64,000 nucleotides of DNA from Raillietiella orientalis (Eukaryota), in contig JAYWIR010000040.1 in assembly GCA_036172245.1 (NCBI GenBank), forward strand, positions 620,001 through 684,000, in the 5' to 3' direction. Below the pieces are notes generated by a model that saw only the letters and a program-made list of their open reading frames with translations, searched no databases and had not been told where the DNA came from. A program made the translations under genes and the position numbers. Every line of letters starts with the position of its first letter. The stretch's first letter is position 1. Below, piece by piece: positions 37,101-48,600 of the stretch.

Positions 37101-37300
37101 TGTGTGCACTGCTGCTCACATTCCAGCATGCCCCTCCGAGCCACTGGGTCCATTTCCACATCCAGAGCTCCCGATCCGAGCCTCTTACCCACAATTCCTG
37201 GCTGTGGTTTCCCACTCTGTCATCAAAAACGCTGCGTAGCTCGGGTCATTTTTGATCTGGATGAGTCCCTTAGCTTCGCCTTTGATCGACGACCTCAGTC
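34150..37300 (-). mobile_element. Near full-length degenerate L1/Tx1-like retrotransposon
   Basis: CWNVSSSAHTV knuckle ORF 36928..37215; LLCNGYSA (~INVYAP) ORF 36163..36390; STKFYE ORF 35109..35357; RGYQKG ORF 34773..35102; KRLLAWKTTLT..QKG (~RL..WK..LS..GR) ORF 34452..34676. Confidence 0.6.
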
Positions 37301-37349
37301 GGCAGTTTCCAGAAGCCTTTGTCATTCATAGCTCTTCAGTTTCACAGCA

Positions 37350-38330
37350 GCTCCGTTTCCACGCGCGCTAACTGAGCTTCTCGATTTTCTTGTCTGCTGG
37401 AAAACACACTTGTCCTGCTCGAGGTGTTCGGCATCCCAAGCAGGAGCAAGCGTCAAGAGTGGTCAAACACAGGGAGGAGGCTGACTCGGTTCCCACCGAC
37501 CGGATGCCCGCTCGCGTTACTGTTTTCTCGGAGCGCCCACGTTCCAGGTTGTGGAATTCGGTGCTGCGGTCCACGATGCTTTCGGGCATCCCGGGTCCCC
37601 TCTCGTCGAATAGCGTCCGCGCGCAGTTCTTGGACATTTCGTTTCCACTCGGCCTGCCCTCCCTCCGCGTTCATCAGCTGCGCGGCGGCAGCAGTTTCTA
37701 GTGTTCGCCCTGCTCCTTGCTGACGTGGAAACGCAGCATCCGCTGGGGGTTCCTTCGGCCAGGGCTCTTTTTTCCTTTTTTTTGTCTGCGACGTTCAAGA
37801 TGCGTTTGGCGCCATCGGCTTTTCGCGAAAGGAAACTTTGGCGCCTCGGCGAGGTGTCTGCAGCGCGGGATCTCCTCGAACTTCCCCTGTCGGCTACGAA
37901 TCGGATGCTTGTCCTGCCAAGATGTACACCATGTCTTCCCCGTCGCTAGGCCCACCTGGGGAAAAAAGGTGGGGGAAAGGAGAGGGGGAGGGAATCGAAA
38001 GGTCGTCTTGATGCCGTCTTGCAATTTCTTGAAGCCGCTGCATGAGCGTGCCGCGCGGGAAAAAATGGCAGAGTTCCCACCAATCGCCATCGCCGGACGT
38101 CTTCGGATGCTGTCGCTCCTTCGCGCTTCTCTGCAGCGACTCGGACGCAGTCGCCGCGTCCATTTCGCGCAGGAGAGATTCTTGCAAGTCCTCCGCGAAA
38201 TCTTATCCTTCTGATACAAATGCCAGCTGATAAGCCGGTTATCTTTTTCCATGGCATTCTCGAGTACATCTTGAGCACCGCATTCCCTGTGCATCTTTTT
38301 ATCAAGAAATCCGGAAAAGACGATCATTGG
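37350..38330 (-). mobile_element. Degenerate L1-like RT fragment
   Basis: KTSGDGDWWELCHFF (~KSPG.DG..EFY..F) ORF 37894..38187; GPGMPES (~QGCPLS) ORF 37368..37637. Confidence 0.4.
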
Positions 38331-39645
38331 GAAAGCTGGTATCTCTCGATAAGAAGATTGCCATCACCACGGAGATAGCGTGCGCACGATTCGCTTTGTG
38401 ACTCCTCTGCAGGAGCGCAGTCTTCCCCCATCCGTGCCGGAAAACCGTTTCCAGCACGGGCAAACACGCTTCTTCCCCCGTGCACGCGTGTGCGTGTGGC
38501 GCTTCCCGATCCTGCGTGCGTTGCCGAGACGCACCCGAGATGGCTGATCCGAGCTGAAGAAAAGGCTCGAGAGAACGGGGGATAAGAAAAAAAGAAGCAG
38601 CTCCGAAGCCCTTCGGTCGCTCCGTGGTAGTGTGACCACTCACCGCGTGCCTCCCCTCCCCCGCTCGTGCGTATGCTCACGGTGCGCCTCCGCGTACGCG
38701 CGCGCACGCACGTACGCAGGCATGCGGATATCTCGCCTCCACGTGCCTCTCGCAAAAATAAGCACGCGCTCCGCCGTGCCCGTGCGTGCCATGTCACACA
38801 TGTGCACACCCTGGAGACACCCTGGAGACGCCCTGGCATTCTGATTCGCGCACATGTTGAATGGATCGGTGTGTGGCAGGCGCGCCGGCCCTCATCACCT
38901 CGTCTTGGTGCCGCGTTCATCGGATTTTTTTTTTTTTCTGGGGGAGGAGAGGGGGGGAGGTTCGGGTTCAGAAAGCGCGAAAGCCGAACCGGTGCGGACC
39001 GCGTCGCCGTGACGATCCGGGGTGTCCCGGCTCTCTCGAGACCTTGGGATGTTTGCTTTTCGAGGCGAAAGCGGGAGGGTCGCGAGCGCTGCTGCCGTGG
39101 GGACGGCGGACCTCGCGCTGAGCACAACTTAGCTGCTCCTAGGCGTCCGTCCCCTCCCCCTCCCTCTTCCTCTTCCTCCTCCTTCCTCACTAACGCGGAA
39201 ACCGTTTGCAGCAAGTGCGGCTACCAGCTCCTCCCCTTTCCCCCCCCCCCCCTATCGCGCATTGGAAATAGCTGGTGGGTAAAGAGACGATAAGCACCCG
39301 CGATTATAAAGCATATGTACATCCATGTTAAGAGAATACTGAGTGCGGTGTCAGTTCCCGTTGGAGCGTCTGAAATATCGTTGCCATAGTGAAGCAGAGG
39401 AGCAGCAAGGAGAGGCGAAGGGAGAGAAGCGAGAAAAGAGAGAGAAAGGGAGTGGGAGAGAAAGGAGGAAAAAAAAAAAAAAAACATCATTTTCTTCAGG
39501 GTTCCCAGCCTTGATATCGGCTCCGCCGATTTGACGGGCTGCCGTTTGCATTCGTTAAAAATTCGTTTTCGTTCCGTGTGTGCGCGCTTGTGGCCCGCAG
39601 TCCCCGGCCTGAACGCCTTCATCGCGGGAAGAGCTCCAGGAGACC

Positions 39646-42600
39646 ATGTGTGGCACGTGCGAGCTGCGACCCTGGGGATTTGACCACGATGAGCCGTCCC
39701 AGTTCGTCCACAGCCAGGTAAAGCCATTGTAGACGAGGGTCGCGTGGCGCGCCTTCCCGCCCTCGCTGACCTCTTTCCCTTCCTTGTCCCCCTTGCGCGC
39801 GAGCCCGCCGCCCGCGCCTCAGGACAGAGTCTTCGGTACCCTGTCCTGGTCTGCGTTCCGGAGACCGCAGGATTGCTTTCGCGTTTGGTGTTTCCCGTGG
39901 TGTCGGCTCAGTTCTTTTGAACTCCCGGAAGCGGAAGCCGCAGGAATCTCTCCCCTCTCCCCCCTCCCCCCTTCCCCTGACGAGTTTCCTCCAGCGGGAT
40001 CGCTGAGTTGGGGCATGCGGGCGAGTGGTGACCTGGGATTCGCGCCTCGTTGGTTCCAAGGGTGGCGTGCAGCCGGCGGGTTCGACTCGTAACCTTCCCT
40101 CTTTTCTGGTGCCTTCATGAGCGCCGCCGTCCGTTGCCAGGTGACACGCCTCGCCTGACAAGGCAGGAAAACGTTCAGGCGGTGTGGGAGCCGACGGCCA
40201 AAAGTGCCCACCAGCGTTTCGGGAAGACCTCGGCCGCTCTCTCGAGCTCGGCTGAGAGAAGTCGAAGGCGCCGAGAGAACCGGAAGACCAGGTTGGAATC
40301 CAGGGGTACTTGGCAGCCCAGGGTCACGCGGGCACCCTTCGGCAATCCTGCAGTCTCCGCAGGAATCGAGGTTCCTCGCAGTTCGAGTGGTGGTTCGAGA
40401 GAAAAGAAGATGGGAAGACTTCGCTGGAAGCAAGGAAGCTGCAAAGGAAATGCGTTCCGGAGAAAAGAGACTGCTGAGAGGTTGGAAAACTGTACAAAAT
40501 CGTTTGTACAGTTAATATCTTGTGCGCATGCCTATTACACTAAGCTGCATTCTCGAGGAGCCTTCTGTCTCTCGAAGAGATCGAACAATGAACTCTACCG
40601 ACGTTGAAACAAGGATGCTGCGCTAAAGGACCTCCTGATGGGTGGAAACGGATGCGCGAAGTCCCAGACGTAGGAGGAAACCGGACTGGGAAAGTCCGTC
40701 GGCTGTTTCCACTGGAACTTGGGTTTGAAACCAGGAGCAAGTTTCCCCCCAAGGGTGTCTCGGAAAGCGCACACCCTGCCAAGGTTTCCTCTCCGGTCAG
40801 ATCTTCTCTTTCCCGTCGTGAAGATCTTTCGTTGCCTTCGTTTCCCCTCCTCCCTCCAGCTTTGAATTTTCCCTCTCCCAATCAAAAGTCGAAAGCAAGG
40901 GAAAATCTGTCCTGGTTCTGCCATGATGGGGAGCTCCAGAAGCGAGTTCCAGGGGAATCCTCTCCCCACCACGCAGATCTACCCCATCACTCCAGCTCTC
41001 TGGCAAACGGAGAGGATTATGTGGGAACGTGCAGGAGTTCGAATAGCGCGGAACTCCGCGTGTGGGAGATCGAACGGGGATTCTCGCGTCTGGCTGAGGA
41101 TTTCGTCAAGGAGGAGCGCAAAAGTCCTTCTCGCTTCGAGGACCTTGGAAGAACGAGCGTAGGGGCTCTTGGAGAAAAGATTAACGAGCTTGATGTGACT
41201 GCTGGGTTCTCGCTCGATGCCTGAAATTGCAAGAACTCCAGCGAAACATCGCATCGCTCTCCTGCATGACAGCCACCCACCGCGTGTATTTGTGACCCAT
41301 TTTCAACGACCTGACGTATCAAGAAAAGCAAAGAAACGAGATGTAAGAGATGAAAGCGACGCTGGAACCAGAACAGCATGCAAGCATCAAAGGTGGCGTT
41401 TTGGTCCCAGTGGCACCCTCTACTCCGTGCCTCTTGCTATCTGCTGGACGAGATTCTCGTGAGGAACTGGGTGTCTTCCTGTTATTCCTGCATGCTGCTA
41501 GGCATGCGATAGTGGGCTCTGTTAATAGTTTGTTGTTGCGGCCGCTCCCGATCGTTGTTTCCTCAGTTGCCAGTGCGAGAGGGACGCGCATTCAGGACCG
41601 GTGCACGGAGCAGCCCATGAGGAATCGCTGCAGCGAAGGTTTCTCGAGTCAGTGCCCCACGAGAGAGCTTTCGCCTATTCCGAATCGCAAAGCGGGGAAG
41701 ATTGCATCCCGTGACCTGTCTTTCCGTACACCTTTGTACTGGTGGAAGCGCTTCCCGCGCGCCGAAATCGCAGTAACAAGATAGAGAAGGCAAACACAAT
41801 GGGCCTGCGGCCAGAGTCTGACGGTCTTGACTCTTCTATCAAGCGCGACCCTTCTGATCACCCAGAGATCAACCCTCACTGTGGAGAGTGTTATGCGCCC
41901 TTCCCGGGTTGGACGTCGGAGCCCTGGGAGGCTCGGGAACAGAGGAGGCGAATCTGGAACAGCGAAGCCCCGGACGTTTGCGGAAGCGAATCAAGAGTGG
42001 ACCACAAAGAAAGGGAGAGACTTCTTGGCTTTCCTCTCTCTTGGGTCGACCTGCTCCCAATCCGCTTCTTTCTGATAGCGGAAAAGCATGGTGACCTTGG
42101 ACATTTTTCCAGAGATGCAAAAGACCCCCTATACGTCTATCTTGGAGTTTTCGGTAGATTCAGGGATTGAACGTTCCCTTGTGCAGCTCATCCCCTTCGA
42201 TCTTTCTTTCCTGGGTAGCCGACGTTGGTCTCAGGTTGATTAGTCTTTCTCTCTCCGTTTGAAGTGGCTTGGTGTGCCCCCCAAGAACGTGATCACCGAG
42301 AAGCACATGTTTTTCCATCCTCTTCATCAGAAGAAGACCACTTGCTGAGGCACACTCTCAGCTCTCTAACTGGATCTTCCCTTGGGAGTGAGGGACTCCT
42401 CCCGTCCCTCACAGATGTTGATCTAGAAAAGCGAAAAGGCAAGACAGATTTTCTTCCCTTGAGAGGGAGGCAGCGTGAGTTCTCCCTCCCGCTTGTCATT
42501 GGACCAAAAACGCTGGCACTTTTAAACACTTTTGACGCTGCTGGTGATGCTGCCAAAAATGTTCCGGAGGGCACTTCTCGCCCCGTTGGTATCAGCCGGG

Positions 42601-45600
42601 GTCTCCTCTTCCAGCCGGCCGGCTGGGTTGCCCGGTCCGGCGCTTCGAACCTAAAGAAACTTAGTTTATTTTTCCCGGAAGCCGCCGAACGGTTTAGAGG
42701 AAACCAGGAAAAATCGACGAAACTTCCTGGGATTCAGGGAAGTTTTCTTCATGCGGTGGGGGATTCCTCTGGATTTGCCGCTGCGAACCAACCGTCCGCG
42801 TTTTCTTCTGTAACTTCCGGTTCCCGGTCAGATTTGTTATTGTGAGTCATCTTCGGTTCCCGTGCGCCCCACGTTTCTTGGACAGATAGGTGTTCCCGCT
42901 GTGACCAAAGAAACTTCATTTGCGGGTAGCACGGCTCCATTCACTCGGAGGGCGATGCTCCTGAAGTGATTTTTTTTCTCAAGCAGAGCACCCCTCAATC
43001 GATTCTGTGAGTTTCGTCTGGATTCACAAAGGGAGTTTTTCAGGGTCAGTAAGCTAGTGGACCCACACTTTCCGCTATTCGAACTGGGGGTGAGTAGGGT
43101 GGGGTGGGTGATTGCGCCATCACTGGGGAACTGATTCATAAATCTCGCCTCCAAAATCCCTGCCTGCTTTCCCTCACAGAAGTGGACCAGACCTGAGAGG
43201 TTCCTGTGCTGGTCAGCTGGTCCGAATATCAAAGAGTCGAAAACAGGGGTTGACAAAACGCGGGAGGCTTCGTTCCTTTGGCCGAATCGCTGCGTCACGA
43301 AAGGAAAGGGTAAGGAGGGGTAACCCTTGTGACGAACAAATGGAGGAAGATGCGCGACCCGGCTAATTTATTCGCCCACGACAACGGTGTCAGCGTTCTT
43401 TGCCTCCGGTCTCCATCCGCGGAATCGGGATTTGTAGGCATCTCCCTGTTCCGGAAAAGCGGATCACGTGTCTGTGATCACCGCTTGCTAAAGGACTTCC
43501 CAAACCCCACTTCCCACACTGATCTTCTGTGGAAAGCGTTTCCTATGGGCACGGTGCCTGGCTTTCCCCCTACGAAATCAGTAGGTTTCTGAATTTCGCC
43601 TTTGCTGGATCTACCCTTGGCCGTTGTTTCAAAATAGGAAGATGAAGAGGTTGATGGGAAGCGAGAGGACGGAACTCTGGAAGCTCATCTCTCTGGCTAC
43701 TGCGTGTTTCCCACTGGGATGCAGATCCCGGGTCTCTTTTTTTTAGAGACGCTTTCTCCTCCCCAGTCAAAAAGAGAGCATTTATAGAAGCAATATAGAA
43801 ATAGAAGCAACTGAGCTTTCTTTCTCGCAGGAACACTTGTTCCACTGAGCCAGTTTTCCCGATTGACGGTTTCCGCTTTCCCTTTTTTTTTTTCTTTGCT
43901 CGTGATACGATTCGACCTCTCGTCGAGGCGGAGGCGGAGGAAGGGGTGAGAAATTTTCAGTGCCCGAAGATAACTCCTGGAAATCCGAAATGATGTATTG
44001 CCCGTAGAATTTTTTTCCGCCGCCTCGCTTCCTCGGAGGATCCCATCACCGACCGTCCGGAGGTCCGCGTCGGGGGCCTTGTGGTCAAGGCTTCGCGTGT
44101 GGTGCCATGCGTCGCGGGTTCGAATACTCCGGCAGAAACTGACGCCACTGCGTAGTTGGGTTCCGAGTTCCTCCTGCAATGGCGCTGGTTGGCCGAGACA
44201 TTCGGGCGTGGCACCAGCGGTGGATTAAGCCGGAGGCCCCCGATGAAGGCCGGAACAATGGGAGTCGACCTTCGGGTCCTCCCAGGAATCAAGGAGTGGA
44301 GAGTTCCCCCTCCGGTCGTACAACGGAGAGCGGACCCCCCACACCGGGGGTACCCTTTCGGTTGGTTTCAACATGGAGCAGAGTCCTAGTTGTTCGATGG
44401 AGCGGGCCCCCCCTGTTGCGGGGTGGACCTCCAAGTCGCCTCTTCACAGAGTGTGCACAAGGAAGCAAGCGAGAGCGATTCCCTGCGGGAAGCTGCAGCG
44501 CCCCTTCTAAGTTTCGGAAGCTCCCTTCGGGTTCTCTTCAGAGGAGTGAACAAGGAGCGGTTTCCTTGCGGGTCCCCTCCGGAGAAGAAATTCCTACTAG
44601 CGGATCCTTTCCGGGTTCCCTTCGGAGTAGATGAAATGGAGAGCACCATCCCCCTTCCGGGATGGTCCCTCCAGAGAGAATGAAGAAGGAGATTCCCTTC
44701 CGGGTTCCCCTTCGGAGACAACCAGTGTGGGAGGTGCGATCCCACCCATTCCGGGGGGATCCCGTCCCAAGCGTGAGAGGAACGGACTCCAAACCCTTCC
44801 TGGATTCATAGGGCGGACCCACCCCCATCCTGGTGTGCCCTATCCTGAAGGATTACGCCCCCCTGCGGTTTGCCGCAGGCGGAGAGGCGTGGAAACAAAA
44901 CAGTATGTTTAAAAGGGCCACGTGCGCCGCGAGGCACGCGACCGGCTCTTGAGGCACACTTAGCGAACCAAAAAAAAAAAAAAAACGAAGGAAAAAAAAG
45001 AGAACCCCGACCCGTCAGACTACATCGAATCGATGCTGACCTCTTTCGGAAAGCTCCAAGCTCGTTGCATTTCACGCGGAAGTTCCGATGCGGAGGATCC
45101 GTTCGATCTCATTTCGCGTCTTTTCCCTCCCCTCCGTCCATTCAGTCCGACCATTGAGTTCTCTTGCTGGGATGTCGAAAACCCGGCAATGTGACCTTAT
45201 AGGAAGTAGCACCGGGATATACTCGAAATGCGTTCTTGTCGGAGATTCTCAAAAAAAAAATTATATAACTGGAGCCGCTCCTGCGTCCCAGGACATTCGA
45301 AATTGGGGGCAGCTGGAGAGAGAGAGGGAGAGGGGGAGAGAGGATTTACTCGCGCCGCTCAGCCTCAGACAGCACTGCCAAACCGCAGTGCGCTGTACTC
45401 TCAACTTTTCAAAGAAAATTCGCGAGTGACTACGTGGTATGTAGTGAGCATAAGAACAACACGAGTAGCCTTGGAGTTTATCTGACCGAAAGCAGAAGAA
45501 GGAGAGCTGAAAGGTTGGAAAATGGGGGTTCCGATTGAACGAATATGTGCGGAGTTCTCGAGAGAACTTTCGTGACCAGAGCCTTCGTCTTATCTCTGAG

Positions 45601-48600
45601 TTGTCCGTTTCACCCCATCGGCAAGGCGGCATCTCTGGCGCGGTTTTTCTTCACCCTGATACGAAGCAGATGCTGATGTCTCTGAAAAGCCTTGTTCTCC
45701 ATGAGATTAGACCTGAGAAAAGGGGCAAAAACGGGAGCGCCGCCGCGTGAAATCCCTAGTTTCCCGCCGTCTCTGGATTAGCGAAGCGGATGTACTTCGG
45801 TGTCTCGTAATGGGGAGTAGGGACGAGAATCTCCTTCCCATGATGCGGCTACTAAGACCGTTCAGGCCACCCTTCCGGACTCGCATCCTCTCTTGGGCTC
45901 TTGCGTTTTCATCGCCATACAAAGAGATGAGGTGCGAAAGTCAGTTTCATGAGCTTCCCGTCAGCGGAATGCTGAAATCCTCCGAATCCATGGATGCCAC
46001 AATAGAAGATGGGTCTGGAGACGCATGGGTTGCGCTGGCTGAATAATCTCGTGGCGTACAATCCGCCTCGTTGCTACTCTTCCAGCAGTGTGTCCCCCCG
46101 CCCCCGTCGCGAGCTCGATGGCTGCAGCAACCCCGTTCTTTGGGAAACGAAGTTGCTGCAACCGGGAAAGGAAAGAGGAAGAAGAAGAATCGACAGCCAG
46201 GGCGTCACTCCGGTTGAGCAGCTTTGCGGGAGGAGCACCATCTTCTTTGTCGTGTTGGACATGGGCAGATTTCGGTGGGGCGACCGGAAATCTCGGGAAC
46301 TTGCTCCAGGATCAAAACCGGAGACGCCCACATTTTTCGTGATGCCCTTCGCTCCTGCCACCCTCCTTCCCCACGAGTTGTATGCAAAGCATGCGAAACC
46401 AGCAATTGAGATTTCGCTTTCGAGGGCGCTTTTCTCATGTGTCTCTTTCATTCCCAGTGGCAACAGAAGCGCACAGTTCACAACCTCTACCTACTCTTCC
46501 ATCTGTTCTGGGGTGCGTACCTCTTCTCCTGGCTGGTCATCACTTTCGTCATGATGCCGTCACCCACCTGGTTCATCTACTTCACGCACTGGGGATTCCT
46601 CCTACTCAACTGCTCCATCCTATGCAAGTGCGCTCTGATGCTGCGGGAGCGCAATTTGGTTTCCAACCGTAAGTACGGTCCTCCTGACTCCCGGAGCTTA
46701 GGGAAACAGGAACAGAAATGTCCATCCTGCACAAAGCGTCGTGGTGCCTGGAAGCGTGCAGCTCCAGCACCGCACTGCTCATAACGATCGTCTACTGGAC
46801 CCTGCTGTACGGGAGGGAGGGAGACGCTCACAAGCGGAAGCAGGACGAACGTTTCGGTGAGCGATCCAGATGAGTGGGGTGGGATGGTCACGACTCCGTT
46901 TCCGCCCGCTGCGTCGTCGTCTCGGGAGGACTCTCCTCGCCGAAGCACGCAATTTTTCCGGTGCCTTGCAGACGGCTCTTTGCAAATTCTCCTTGCCGAC
47001 TGTTTCCTTCTCTACCGGGAGCAGCCAAATGACTCCGCTCGCTCCTTCGCTTCCTTCTCGGCCTCTTTTTCGTCCGTGGATTTTCGCCTCGGGACCCACA
47101 GGCGCGGAACCTCAGGTGCGGCGAGCGAACGAGAGTCCCGCGTTTCGTCTTCGGATTCCTGGTGTTCGATCTCGCGGGGGCGTGCCCGCGCGCGAGAGAG
47201 AGAGAGGGAGATGAAAGGAGATTGGGGAAGAAGGAAGAAGAAAGGGAAATGACTGTACTTTGTCTTCGTGAGGCGTACGATAAGAATCGCCGATGCCGCC
47301 CCCAGCTTCTCCTCTTGCCCAGGGGGACCGTGAGGAAGGAAGATGGGACGTGCGAGCTATTGCTAATAACGGAACATAAAAAAAAAAAGCAAAAAAAAAA
47401 TAAATCAATGAAAGACAGTTCTTCTCCGAGTTTGCGGCTTTCCCGATGTGCTCCTTCCCGAAAAGATCGTCCTCGTTTGCCGTTCTCTCCGTGAAGCACC
47501 CGCTGCATCCTCAATACTCAGCTCTCGTGATGGGCAAGCATGTTCCATCCCCCCCTGTACGAGTACCTTTACTTTCAGGAGCCTAAAAGTTGGCTTTTAG
47601 GGAAGACGAGAGAAAGCGCGAGCCCAGGGACCCGGGAAGATGCTTTTGACCATCCGAGGGCGCTGGACCAGAACTTAGGAGTCCCTCGCTTTGAAACCAA
47701 GCCGCCACCATCAAAGAACGAACAACCAAACGTTTCCCGTCTTAAGCGGAGAAAGGGGAAAACGCGGGAAACCAAGCCGCCTCCAATGCTTTCCGCTCTT
47801 GGAAGTAGGGAGAAGGGAATGGGATAGATGAAAGAGGAAACCTCGCAGACATGCGGCACTGTGAAAGGATAAACCGACGGGCGCCAAAGAGTGGGAAGAA
47901 AAGCATAGTCGGGGTACTTGCGGATGGAAACCAACCCCTGAATCTTCTTGCGTGCCGTGCCTTCATGAAGTTCCGTACGTGGGGAATCGCTCATCCTGTG
48001 GTTCTGCATAACTCCTCCCTGAAGATGAAAGACGGAGCAAGCGGTAACAAACTTTTTGACTTTAACGGCTTCGCTTGCAAAGGACAGACTCGAGAAAAGG
48101 AACACCAGAGATTCAATCTGCCAAAAACCAAAAAGAAAAAAGCTCTCTGAAAAGGATTTCACTGGAAAAGTCAGGAATGGGAACCATAGAAAGAGAATAC
48201 TCTTTCAATTCCCCATCTTTTGTGAAGAAGATCATGAACCAAGCATCCCATTCTCCCGAAGATTCGGTTTAGAAAATTTTTATACAGAGCTTGGAGAAGC
48301 ACAAGTTGGAAAGCTCCTGGCTTGAATATTAATGAATCTCTTCGAGATTCATTAATATTCAAGCCCATCCTTCAGGGCCTCTGCATCCTGTAGCATCAAC
48401 TGATGAAAGTGATAAGTGAATGCCTCTCTTCAGGGAAGTCATTGGCAACAAGGTGCCACCACCCAGCTGTCAGAGCACTCACGAAGTCAGGAAGAATGAC
48501 CAAGTGTACAGTTTTGGTGGGAAATCTGGCAAGCCACTGATGCGGATGCAGATCTCGGAGGCTGCCAAAAATCATCTCAAAGTGAAGCCCGCGTTGGCCG

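Noticed and set aside
44520..44775. CRISPR array
   Set aside because: Eukaryotic context with no cas genes; repeats are degenerate, linkers resemble each other, and the same linkers recur in dispersed copies of a retroposed element.
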